DNA of 64,000 nucleotides from Lobosporangium transversale (Eukaryota): NCBI RefSeq assembly GCF_002105155.1, contig NW_019029006.1, positions 248,001 to 312,000 of the forward strand, read 5' to 3'. Shown piece by piece: positions 1 to 12,385 of this stretch (position 1 is its first letter; each line of letters starts with the position of its first letter). The notes under the pieces were generated by a model. It saw only the letters and a program-made list of their open reading frames with translations, ran no database searches and was not told where the DNA came from. The position numbers and the translations under genes were made by a program.

Positions 1-31
<31 letters not shown>

Positions 32-732
32 ATTTAATTTTAATCAAAGATGTAGGAACACGCACCAGACATTATTACTTCTTACTTTCAACACCACCAC
101 GCTATTGAGCAAGAGGGATGGATTTACTACTATTTTTTTTATAAACTATAAAATCCGTTTTCGCAACAGGCACCAAAAAAAAAAAAAAAAAAAAAAAAAA
201 AGCAAATACGTGAAATAGGAAATTGGATGCATGCGAAACAACTTTATTTTTTACTTCCCTAACTAACACCTTGGTTTCTTTTCATGCAGAATATGCAGGA
301 TAGTAATCATTGACAAAATAAAGAACGCGGTGTTGACAAGAGTTATTACGCAAAACGCGTTATATTTTTCATGTTTCACGGCTTTGGCCTCTATTTTCTT
401 GAATCGATGTGGCTCAAGGCTTAGCAAATGGCTATGATCGTCATGGAAAGAAAACCACCTATGAACAAGACGTGTATTAAAAGTCAATTTGAGTATGTAT
501 TATACAACTTTGCAGCATCCGAATGCCAAGTGGCAAATTTTCTAAAATGTAAAACGGTGCATAAACTGATACATTTTTTACCTAACGTAAAATAAAACAA
601 GCAAACATCGTCATCAGGTAGCTTTTGGTTGTAAACCCACTTTGACGACAAGATGAATGGTTGGTCTCTGTCTTTACACGCTCTTCCCAATGTTCTTTAT
701 TTCAACACTAGTTGACATTCTGTCTTATTCTT

Positions 733-2506
733 TCAGGATCTCGTACTACTCGCTGTCTGCATAGTACGCATAGTCAACAGACTACGTGTGCTCATATTAC
801 CGCTTTTCGTTTGTCTCTTCTTGCCTTTTGAGGACGAATCCGTTGCATCTATCGCGTAGACGACCCTTCCGCCAACCCCACCACTCCCTTCTCCCCTTTT
901 TCCACTCGAATAAGTGTGGGTTGGGATTTCGGATTCGTCCACTACAATAAAGCTCTCGCCGCTGAGTTGACTGTCTCTGTTTTGATGTGATTTGTCTGTT
1001 CTGCTGCCCATGGAGGCAGCTTGTCTACCATTAACGCTAACTCTACTCATTACAATGTCCTCAAGATCACCACTCTTAGACCAAGCACTTCTTTCTATTT
1101 GCGAGGCCTCACCGCCAGCTATGTCCTGTTGCTGTACTCGTTCCCGCTCACGATTTTCTTCCTCATATGCCTCTTCCACGTCATCATCCCATCCGAGTTC
1201 TTGCAAAATCCAGCTCAAGACTTTCATGAATCGAATATAATCCTCTTCCTCTACACCCTCCGTGCCAACATCACGAGAAATCGGAGATTGCATACCTTCG
1301 GCCGTCATCGCTGAGATAGTCGAAGGATCCTGATATGGATGACGAGGATTGACAACGGATGAAGATTGTCGATTTGATCGTACTGAGGCTTGTTGTGCAT
1401 GACGGTGATGAAGCTGTTGTTGATTATGAAGTGGTGACATGGTGACAGGAAGCGGGTCGTTCCTTACCCCTCCAAAGCGTGCTTGTTCGTATCCTGCAAT
1501 GTATTCCAGTCCAATATCCCTGGTTACTAATTTGAGATCTATAAGCATATGAATATAGGCCGAGATGGACATGTTTGGTGGACGAGCCAAATCCGGTGAT
1601 TGAGCAATGGCAGCCCGCTCTGGTATTAGCCATAGCAAAGTGTAAGAAAGAGGTATTAGCAACCACAAAATAAAATAAAAATGTTCAAAGCTACTCCATG
1701 AGATGAAATGTATGTTGTCATTTAAAAACTTACCAATGAAGTGAGGTGTACTAGCCATAAACGTCTTGAAATGTGTGCCTTGTAGTGATGATCCTGGCTT
1801 GCCCCATCCTGGTTGACCACTTTCTTCTAACAAAGGTACTGCCTTCTTGGCCAGTCGCGCCACACGATCCAATTCCGATTGCACAAACTCATATACACTC
1901 TGTTGATATCCATTGTATATCATCATCAAGATAAAAAAAATTATGAGTTATCAATGACTAGCAGAACTGTTTTTCCCCATTCTGTTTTTAATTTATCTGA
2001 TTTTTAAAATACCATGGGCAAATCTTCCTTGGTGATCGGCATGTATGCCTTTGGAATTGCTTGACGTGCTAGTTTCACAGTGACATATCGTGAAAAGCCA
2101 AATATTGTCGCGAGAAGCCCCTATGCGAAATAAGAAAAAATAAATAACAAAGAGAAAAAAAGCGTTTGTTAACCTACTACATCCTCTAGAATACTGGTCA
2201 TTTATGAGAATAGACTTAAACATACCAAGAGAACATAACTACCTCCAAAGACAGCCAAGTTCTTGTAGTTAGGAGGCTCGGCCATATTGGCTGGGTGAAA
2301 GATTTGAAAAATCACATCGTAGGCTGAAGCGAATATACATATTCCTGTATAGATAATGCCGACGACTGTTAAAACTAATGCTCACTCGTCTGGGTTCGCA
2401 AGGACTTCATGTGTCACCACAATATTGCTCTACAAGTTGTACCTGTAACTGCAACCAGGAAGAATAGCGAGCTCACATAGAAGCAGCTTGAGCGTGTCAA
2501 TGGCAT
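733..2506 (-). CDS. DLT1: Defect-at-low-temperature protein 1 (DLT1)-like membrane protein, multi-exon
   Basis: The spliced product starts MPLTRSSCFYVSSLFFLVAVT (ATG 2506) and continues ASAYDVIFQIF...NLAVFGGSYVLL / GLLATIFGFSRYVTVKLARQAIPKAYMPITKEDLP / ...QPGWGKPG...YIAGYEQARFG. The N-terminal TM segments and the IPKxYxPI, PGW and YExARF motifs match fungal DLT1. The C-terminal tail is disordered. Confidence 0.75.
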
Positions 2507-2994
2507 TCACTCTACTTTAAATAGATAACTAATTAATCCTGTGTGAGGATGTTCAAGCGGCGATCAAACAGGATGCTGTCGTGATGGGATAGTCAATGTG
2601 CTTCAACTTTCAAAGGATGAAGGGCTGCTCTAGGACATAGAATCGATGAAGCGCACGTGACATCAAAAAGTGTGTGGAACATTGTAACAATATCCACATG
2701 CCATTCTGAGCTTCTATTAACAGGCCAAGTGATATTTGACGGTTGGCTGGCGGTATCGGTCTTTCCCATTCCGGTAGAGCTATCAAAACAGGTTCAATAA
2801 GCAGAAGTAATGGTGCCTTCTGTATGTGACGCTCGATAGTACCCATGATCCTTCCATTCACTAACATTCTGCTATAAGAGCCTAATTTAACTTATTTATT
2901 GCGATACACTGCTAAGTAATAGGTTTCTCTGGTATATAAATGTATATTGTTCTTTCATTTATTTGGTGAGGAGCTGCGATAATTTGTGATGCAT

Positions 2995-3352
2995 TTAGCA
3001 GTTCCATCTCATGCAGCATCCGGAGTATCCGCACTGGGCAGGTCCACCATAGACGGAGCATGCTCTCCAGAGGCAGCATCCAGTGGGTCCGCACCACTGG
3101 CCACTGCCAGCGTACTTGCAGCAGGTACGGCGAGGAGTCAATAATTTGCCTCCTATTGGTTATTTGGAGATGCGTACAGCGAATCCATGAAAGCATTTTC
3201 AGTTTTAACATTATTATGGACTTAATAAAAAAGGTTTGTCAAGTGCGTAGGAACCTACCCTCAGCAACAGGTTCGTCAACATTAGCAGGGACAGCCGAAA
3301 CGGTGGCGACGACAGTCAAGGCAGCGAAAACGACGGCAAGGTTGAACTTCAT
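2995..3352 (-). CDS. Small secreted cysteine-rich prepro-peptide (83 aa; 10 Cys in a 43-aa mature part)
   Basis: Exon 1 (3352-3259) encodes MKFNLAVVFAALTVVATVSAVPANVDEPVAE. A GT-AG intron spans 3258-3153. Exon 2 (3152-2995) encodes GGKLLTPRR-TCCKYAGSGQWCGPTGCCLWRACSVYGGPAQCGYSGCCMRWNC*. It has a signal peptide, a dibasic RR site and a TATA-like TATTTAAA about 110 nt upstream. Confidence 0.85.
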
Positions 3353-4289
3353 GGTAAAAGGATGGCTTAGGGGTTTTTCTTTTTTTTATCGAGAGCAATG
3401 GGATGAGGTGATATGATGTGATTGGTATGGAGGACAGAAAAAGGGTGGTGATAGCAGCCTTTAAATACTCATGTTTGGTCACATCCAAGGTAGCCTGAGC
3501 AATTCTTCGTCAATTATTGTTTCTATCCTTCATTTCAATCTACTATTACACGCGGGGTGTATTCCGTCAACTCTTGCTCGGATTTTTTTTTTTTTAGTAA
3601 TGAGTTGCGTCCTCAGTATAGTAATGAAATCTGATCAAAGAAGGATGAATATTGCTGTTGCGCTGTAGAAGCGCGCCGGATAGATAAACAGGTGTGTTTA
3701 AGTGCTGCACTAGAATTTAAAATGCGCCGCAAAGAACGGTGGTACAATCAATGTAAAGAATCAGATCATATTCCTGTAATTGGTCGGAAAAATAAGTATT
3801 GAATATTATGACCCAGTTAGGGTCGTGCGGCGTGCCTGTGCACAAATGGAATGATGGTGAAGCAAACAGACCTGATATCAATGTCAACAATGTGTTATCG
3901 GCACTGCCACTAGCCGCGGAATATTTGTGTCCGTGTCATACAACCAGTTCATGCACTCTACGATCTTGTCAATCTATAGATCATGTCTTGTTTTATATTC
4001 ATTATCAAGAAATCTTACAACTTCGACCAGGTAAAACATGGGAAGCGAGATTCTTGGCAAATTAAACAATCTAGAACAAACCATCCATCTGCCTAGTATA
4101 AACGATCATGATGAAAGGGCACTAATATTTTGCAGAGCCATTATGACTTTTTAATAGTGTATAATACATGAAAGTGCGCAGTGTGAGGCATACTCTGCTG
4201 TGTCTGTCACTACGCAGTTAAGTGTTGTTGTATCTTTCCTTTCCTGTTAATACTCGCAACAGCTCCTACTTTACAATCTATATTTCGAG

Positions 4290-6113
4290 CTAAATAGCAC
4301 GATGCAAACCTGATTCCTTAATTTTCTCGATCTGTTGTTGTGAAAATAAGTATGCCTTGTACTGCTCAGCAAGCGAAATCATAATCTGACGGTATTTCTC
4401 CCTCTTGAGCATTAGATCTCCCACGGCCCAATAATTGCTCATATCATCGCTTTTGTTCTGTTCATAGGCAGCCATATATGTAAAAAAGACAGAAAAAGGA
4501 GGGAGCCTGTGAGTTGGCTGACCTACCACTTGTATATACACAGCCTATTCGCAAATATAAGGTGAATCTCATACCAAAATACCATTCAGAAGAGCATCGG
4601 GGTGTTTGAGAAACACCTCCGCATAATGTAGCAAGAACAGTCCACAATCGCAAAAGTTTTCTTGCTGGGGACATTTGGCTAATTTTCCAGGAACATCTTT
4701 TGAGTCAATTGCCCTATCAATATTCTTTCTCGTCAACAGTTCTTGCTGTAAGTACAGTCGCAAACTTCTAAAAACTGAAGGATGGGAGCTACCCAGCGAA
4801 TCCAGAACTATAATGAATGGTCTAAGAAAGAGCAAGCACAAAAAATAAAATAAAAAACAAACGTAAATGGAGTTGCTCATACACGTCAATGTCGATTTTG
4901 CTAGTTGTTAGCCAATATCCCCATTTTTACTTACTTCTTCTCTGGATCCACCCATGCCGCAGCAGAAGACCGCGGTAATCTTTCAGCTTGTTCTCTTTCG
5001 TCATCAACACGTAATTTTGCGCGATTCCTTGGTGATGCCAAAAAGGATATATCTTGGAGAAGATTGGTCCGCATCGCTTCTCCCGACGTTGTAGAAAGGG
5101 TTTCAGAAATTGAGAGTGAGCTTGGCGATGATGATAAGGAAGTAAGTGTTTCATCCTTTCTGTTTAGTGTAGTGTCGATATCAGCATCCGTATCAATCCT
5201 GTTTTCTGTACTCAACAAAAGCCCCGGGTTGCTTATGATAGCTAAGTACCAATGCACACTAATACCAGCATAATAAAAGATTGCTTTATCAATTGAACGT
5301 CCCAATATTTGAACAATAGGCTATTGAATCAATTCATTCTTTGCTTACTTTTCATGAATAGGGATGATAATAAACTTTTTGGAGAAAATATCGATTTTGT
5401 TGGTCCAACTCCTGACAGATTCATAGTTGATCCCTTTCCTAAGTACCATCATAGTTAATAAAGAAAAAATAATATGAACAAAAATATATTTAAAGCACTA
5501 TGTGTGCCGCCATGAAACGATACTAAACAGCTGAATTACCCTGACTTTGTGACGAGCCGCTCGTAAAAAAATGAATTAAAAATATATGTCGCATCTGCTA
5601 GTTCCCGGTTCTCATTTTCAACGCTTGCATGAATATATCTAGTCAAGATAGTCAGAAAGAATGCTCGGGTCAGTTGGCTCACTATAATCAATGCCAGACA
5701 TAGTTTCCTCCGCCTGTAAAATCTTACTTGAGACCAAACTCAATTAGGGTATCGTTCAAAAACTCATCATCATTTAAACGGGACATATCATCAACACGCA
5801 CTGCTATTGATTTTGACTTTGTACTGCTCTTGAACGGAAACATAAACAACCTATGCGTTCATTTGAAAAATGGTGAATGTCGGCTTGCATCATCTAGCAA
5901 TACTACCTCGTTCTCCCCTTTTTTTAGCATTCCAGTCATTTACGTTTCATCGGCTGATTTCTTTTGCCCTTGTGCTTTAGCTGGTATCATAGCCGAAGAA
6001 CTAGGTTCTTTAGTCATGTGCCTATCGAAGAAATAGAAAATAATACAAACAATACGTTGGAATTTCAGTAGGATTACATCGAGCTTTTTTTTTTTCTTTA
6101 TTATTATTATTAT

Positions 6114-6148
<35 letters not shown>

Positions 6149-7952
6149 TACCGTTTGTTATGACCGACGAGAATTTTCTCCACGATGTCAAGCCTAGCGG
6201 GGTCAGTTAAAATCCATATTAGCCATCGATTCAGCTTGTTCGTGATGATAGAGTGACATGCTTTCTAAAACCTTAAGCATCACAAACGTACGGCAATTCT
6301 CTCATTGGAATCTTCTTTCGTTCAAGGCGCCTGCAGCACTCCACAAAGTCTTGGGCATCAGCATCGCTAATCAATACAATTTTGCGTGCTTTTCCTGAGA
6401 GAAGTCCTGGATCTGGATCGTAATATGGTTCCAACGCTGATTCTGGCGGAAGTGATTCCTTAGTTTGGAGTGCGAATATAATAGGTTTTCCATTCATATT
6501 GTACTGTATTAATGTTTTTCAATTGACGGAAAGATACTGCGACTTAGCAACAGAATAGTAATACATATTTGCTCTGCCCAAGAAACCTAGCGCCGGTTTG
6601 TTAACCATTTTTTAGTACCTCGACACACTTGATATTTTCGTGAGATATTTTCGTTATGTTTTTATCAATGGTGAGGATGAGCCGATCTGGACCAAATTGA
6701 ATCATCATTCCCGGCGAAGTGAGCTCCACTCTGCTCCCCAAGCGCACAGATTTAATAGAAGCCTGTGGAAATGTCCCCATCCCTAAGCGTAGAACTTTTT
6801 CAGATAATGAACCAGGTGGTAGAGGTATATTCTCACGAGAACTCGGTACAGAGGTTATACTTTGTTCTGGGGCTACAGATGATGCTGCTATCTTTGCTGG
6901 CGCCACTGGTATTAACTCTGAGCTAGCAATGAGATTAGATTCTGTTTTTGATAGCGGTCCAGATGACGGTAATGATGTTGATGATGATGCCAGCTAATAA
7001 GTGAAAACGAATACGGACCAATATGTCTTAATTAAAGGCTTTCAAGCGCGATCTCAAATGTGCATCCTCACCTGAACTGAACTCACATGTTTTTTCATTC
7101 GTGATACAACTGATGTAGATGAGGTTATCTGGTCTGTTGGTGGTGTTAGCATGCTTTTGCTCGAAACACTGGTCTTTCTCCGCTTCATTGCACCAACTAA
7201 TAATCCTTTGTCGGACAAACGAAAGAGATAAATATCTGATTTTCTGGTGACACCTGCATCAAGCAGCCGCCATTATTATGATGCCGTCGTACCTTTCTGT
7301 TCGTCCTCATCGCTTAACAACACAATATCTGTCTGCTAAAGGATTAACGTCCAGGGAAACAAAAAATCGGCGAGCCATATTAATCTGACGCCAAAACACT
7401 TCTTGAGTATTGAAAAAACGTGTTCCTACCTTTTTGCCCCTGTCGGTCGCTTGCCTGCTAGGGCTTCCGATTTCTCCAACAACACTAAAACTGTCTATTC
7501 AAATTTGGAATTTTTTCAAATTTGGAATTTTCATTATGATGTTTTAGTAGTGCTATTTCTTGTTATTGTCAGTCTCAGCTATACTATTTACCATAAAGAC
7601 TTAGCAATCATGGTTCTTACTACTGTGATGCGAAGATGTGCTGGATCTTCTCTTGATACTGCCACCATCCCTCGATCCTGTCAAAAGATTCGGATTACTT
7701 GTGTGTAACGAAAAGTTGGATAGCCTTCTCGCTGTGGTTGGAACTTCTATTGGGATACCCTTTCCTTGCTTCCTGACGCCGCCTCCGCTTTGTCAATGTA
7801 TATAGACAAATAAAGAGCAATGGGGGGGTTTTTTTTATTTTATTTTTGTGGTTAAGACTCTTCTTGTCAGCCATTCAGTACAGTTCAACTCATGAATAAA
7901 AAGCTTTTATAATATGCATTGTCCTGCATAATGCTATCTTCCATCTTGTCCA
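4290..7952 (-). CDS. Ulp1-family (peptidase C48) SUMO protease, ULP2/SENP6-7-like, many exons; 5' end uncertain
   Basis: Exons encode RLNDDEFLNDTLIEFGL, FNSFFYERL, SVRSWTKKIDIFSKKFIIIPIH, HWYLAII (catalytic His), LDSLG (Asp) and PQQENFCDCGLFLL (Gln/Cys). A SIM-like IVLLSDEDE lies at about 7300-7326, within a long N-terminal region. Confidence 0.88.
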
Positions 7953-8362
7953 TTTCACTGGTGCTGATTAGTACCTGGGTTGAAGAGGGTGTATAGACGC
8001 CATCTACAAAATGGAGTTGCGAAGGGATTAATGCTTTGAAGATTCGGAGCTTAATGCTATTGTACCGCGACCATGCCACTCCATTACACGAAGGGCCGAG
8101 CCACAGGGCGAAATACAACACTTGGCTAGGGGGAAATGTCCTACCCTTCCTTCCTTCACTCTTTCAGCACAGACAATTGTGAAGTAAAACATACCGGTTC
8201 GCGAACTAGCTGGACAGCGTCTTCTGCTTCATCCTTGTCTGAACCGCTCATTCGCTTAATTATGAATCAGAAGAATAATAAAAAGAAAGACAAAAAATAA
8301 AAAATATACTCCTGTAAAAGCATTTTTATTCTTATTGGTGTGACCACGATGCTACTACTGCT

Positions 8363-9904
8363 CTAATCCCAAACAAGCGATCCTTTATCATCGCTCACTG
8401 CCGAGTTCTTCGGAGCTGTGGTTTTGGACACATCCCATCTAGACACAGTTGGGGCTTGCTTACGCGCTTGCGCACGGTAAAACTCCTTCATCTTCTCCGC
8501 TTTAACTTGTCGCATGTGTTCTAGGCGTCTCTGCTCCTGAATTGCATCCTGGGCAGCTTTTTCCTCCTTTTTCTTAGCTGCTTTTGCCTGATTCTCCCGC
8601 TGCTTCTTGCTCGATTCAGTAGACTGATACTGACTAGTCTTTACAGACGTACTGGCTCGTGCTAAGGAAAATAAAAAACAATGATATTCTTCAAATTGAA
8701 GCCTCCTGTCCAGCAAACTAGCATATTGAACATCGTCGCTTGTCTACTTACTCTTCTGTGTCATGAAACCATCAGGAATAGCTTCGTGAACCCGCTCCTC
8801 TTGGACAGTCGGTTTAATAGATAGAACACGTGCAAACTTCTCTGTTTGCTCAGCATGAGGATCAGCAGATGCAATAAGTTCGAGCTTCATACGTTGTTGC
8901 TGCAGTACCCATGGATCCATAGGCTTGTTAAAGTCGATGCCTCCGGATCTTGACTGTGTCGAGCTGACGGTAGTCCACTCATCTTCTTTATCATCAGCAG
9001 GTCCTTTGTCACTATCATCAAATTCCTCAATTTCCTTTCCTTCAGTCTCCTCTTCCTCTTTTTCCTCCTTTTCCTCAGGCTCCTGCTTTCTAGCCTTGTT
9101 CTCTTCTTCCGCTTGCGGCTGAGCCACTACTGGCTCTGGCTTCTTTACAGGTTTTTCTTTCTTTTGGTTAGGTTGCTTAGGCTGTTTTGGAGCTGGAGCT
9201 GGAGCTGTTGCTGGTCGTGAGAGTGCAGGGAAATCAGAATGAGACAGACCAGAGGCAGCAGGACCGCGATTATTCTTTTTCTTATTACTTCCCATAGTAC
9301 CAGGACCTGGAATTGAAGTAATTTGAAGTGAAGAGTCGACTGATGATGGTGGTGCGTTCTTTGCAGTTGCGGACGCGAATTGCAATGTCTCCTGTTGTTT
9401 CGCAAGTAATTCCTTTCGCTGCTCCTGCTGTTGCTTCTTCCAATTCTCAACAGAGGATGGCTTCGTAGACTTGATTGCACTGTTGGCTTGCGAATTGATA
9501 ATGGGAGATGTCAAGTCCTTTTTACTACTTGATAACGTGTTTTTGTTAATGGCGTTAGTGATGTTATTGTTATTGTTTGGTAAGAGTTGAAGTTTGCTAA
9601 CAGGCGTTTGAGAATCCTTGCTACTTTTTTCTGTGCCCGTTACGGTGACGTTGGTCTCCACATCTGACTCATCCGATTCATGTTGATTAGTCACGCTGTC
9701 AATGGTCTGTGTGGTCGTAGAACTTTTGGTCTTTTTCTTGGACTTTTTCTTTTTTGATTTTAAGGAAGCAGTGCTACCAAATGCCCCCGGTAAGGATGTT
9801 TTCTTAATCAAGTGAGCTCCTTCCAACCGATCACTCTTGAAGATGCTGAACAGTCCCAGAGGAATAAGGATGACAACTGCGATGAGGAAGTATTGGTACT
9901 CCAT
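8363..9904 (-). CDS. Hypothetical N-terminally anchored, Lys/Glu-rich protein with C-terminal coiled coil (2 exons)
   Basis: ATG 9904 opens MEYQYFLIAVVILIPLGLFSIF (single TM), followed by a poly-Lys patch. A GT-AG intron spans 8751-8662. The last exon encodes SKKQRENQAKAAKKKEEK...LVWD*. Confidence 0.75.
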
Positions 9905-10023
9905 GATGTAAGAGTGGTGGGAAATGGTGCTGAAATGCAACAGGACAAAAGATCAGTTCGTCATAATCAACGCACGGTTATCAAAAATACACTTCGATTC
10001 TATTTATTCTGTAATCGATAGTC

Positions 10024-11924
10024 TTAGTCAGTGGTCTCACAGAGGGGGCACATGCATTGCAGGCGGTACTTGGTGAATAACTCTAGGCGACGCTGCTCAG
10101 TCGAAAGTTTGCCATTCTTGATATATCCAACAAAGAGCTCATCTCCAGCCTGAATGTCTCTCGTCGCCACAATTGTGAGTTTGTGGTCATGATCTGAGAA
10201 TACAATCTTGGTGTTAGGTTCACACGAGTGCATCAGGTATGAGCTTACTCGGTAGAGTCCCGATCCAGTAATAGGAGCATCACGTATACTGCGCTGCCTC
10301 TCAGGCAAATACTACACAAGCATACATATAATAAACAGGTCAAAAGGCTGAATCTCAACATTCACAACTTCTCTTAGTTTTTTTTTTCTTTTTTCTTTTT
10401 TCTTTCATACCTTGATCGTGCGGTCGGTATCGAGAGAAGTTGAGATGCCGTAAAGATTATAAAGCAACCTTCCCTTCATGAGCAAATAACGCTCCGCAGT
10501 AATGAATTCGTCGATACCAGGAATATTTGATCCAAGTGCCACCTTTAGAAGCTCCATCTCCTTTTCTTCCTCATCAGAAGGAGGAATTTCCAAGTATCGA
10601 AGCCTCTCCATGTGATCGAACGAGTTGTACTCTGCTCCACTGTTCATGGATTCCTCATGCACCATTTTAACCAAGAATTTGGCGAGCATTTCTGGTACCA
10701 GATTCCTGGTTGTTTTGGTGTACTCATACAAAGATCGCTCTGGACTGTCTGCATCCTCAGAGTTCTTAGTGCACAAAATGTTATGAAATTCCTGTGATGC
10801 CGCATCTTTGCAATCCTGAGAGCAAAATACAACCTGACTGCATTTGGAACAAGGTACGGCCGACTCCTGGACAATTTCTTTCAGACAGTAATGACAAAAG
10901 CTACCCTCCAATGATGGCTCCAAAGAGTTGATCACAGGCACTTCAGAATAGATCGCCTGTCCTGCAGTAAAAGCCTTGGTCACTACTAGGCCACGTCGCG
11001 TCACCTTTTGGCCATCCGCTGTAACACCTTCAGGCTTCTCATCAACCTTGACATTCATGTCCTCTGGAGGGAAGACAGTGTAGTACTTCTCTTGTTTACT
11101 TTGAACCTACCATACCATAACGAACGTAATGCTGATTAAATAATGTCCGTTCATTGTATAGTAGGAGCACTGATTCAGAAAAACCTGCTTTCACCAATTA
11201 CTACTTACATCCTTACTAAGCATGCCCATCACAAGAGTGAAGACTTCAGATGGGATAGTTTTTTGATATACCATCACTAATTCTGCAGGGGCGGGGTAGA
11301 CCTTCAAAGCCTTATAGAAACATATTGCCGCTTGTGCATAATTTTGTGGGCCTATTGTGTCTCAGCAAAAATATGCAATACATAAGCATGGGGTTACCAT
11401 CATGCATTCTCGTTTTGCCTTTATATTTGCACAAGTTGTTACCTCGGGTGAAGAGCGCTTCTCCAGCCGAGAGCTGCTCCATGCAGAATTTCTCACGTTC
11501 CTCCATAGAAGTTGGGAAATCCTCATCCTTGATACTGGCCAATGCCTCTTCGACAGTTTGTGCACTTCTGTTTGACAGCTTCTTAGCCTCCTCCAGAGCA
11601 AGCTTCTGTGCACGTTTACGCTCCTTCTCTATTAATGAATCATAGCAGCCCAATATTAGCTCCTATAATTTTAGAAATCTCCTGTCGCAAACATATTGAT
11701 CTATCCAAAGCGCTGAGGCAATTGTAAAGATAGTAATTCCTCCAAAGCAGTGACACAAAGATTCATTGCAACTGGTTGAAATTCATTGAAACAGTATAAT
11801 GCATACTCAGTTTGCGCCTGAACTCAGGATCGTTCCGTCTCTTGGCATCGAAATATATAGCATAGCCAATAGTGGCAACAGTTAATACGCCAACCGTGGC
11901 TGCAACAATGGTTGACGTCTTCAT
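10024..11924 (-). CDS. TOM20: Tom20 (MAS20) mitochondrial import receptor fused to a SMYD-type SET/MYND domain (5 exons, 476 aa)
   Basis: Exons are 11924-11807, 11628-11443, 11351-11209, 11106-10411 and 10311-10024, all with GT-AG introns and in frame (1431 nt). Tom20 motifs: TM followed by GYAIYFDAKRRNDPEFRRKL, QLSAGEALF and CFYKALKVYPAPAELVMVYQKTIP. SET/MYND motifs: RRGLVVTKAFTAGQAIYSE, MYND CHYC..CSKC..FCSQDC..H..LC, LMHSCEPN, IQAGDELFVGY and post-SET CMCPLC. Confidence 0.9.
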
Positions 11925-12385
11925 GATGGCCGCTACGAGTGTCTAGGAAAGTAATCGAAAGAAAATGTACAATAGATCACTGTAAAAACAACACAACTTT
12001 CCGAGGCCCAAAGATTGCACGTGATCTGTCACTTGAGGCTGAGTCAAGTTCTTGTGGTCGTTCTGATTCAACGCTTAAAGTACCGCATAAGGTTGTTTAT
12101 AACTAAATGTCCGGCGCTGAACACCATTAAATTAATTCTGGGCGAAGCGATGTCATGCATGTCCAACCCCAAAAGGATGAGGTATTTGCAGATTAACGTG
12201 AATAGTAAATAGCCCCGCCATTTGTGGACAAATATAATAGAGTGGCAGAGAATCTTTACCAATTGTATTTGACTGAACCGAAAAAACTGGAAAATGATTA
12301 ACTATTCACATTTTGGTTTTTAGAAAAAGAGAAAGCTTGCATGCATGTATTTCAGCTGTTTTATTTCAAATTGAAAAATAAGTGC

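Noticed and set aside
3060..3416. ORF-track entries 3060-3416 (+), 2912-3211 (-) and 3282-3488 (-)
   Set aside because: These are antisense or off-frame shadows of the spliced Cys-rich peptide gene.
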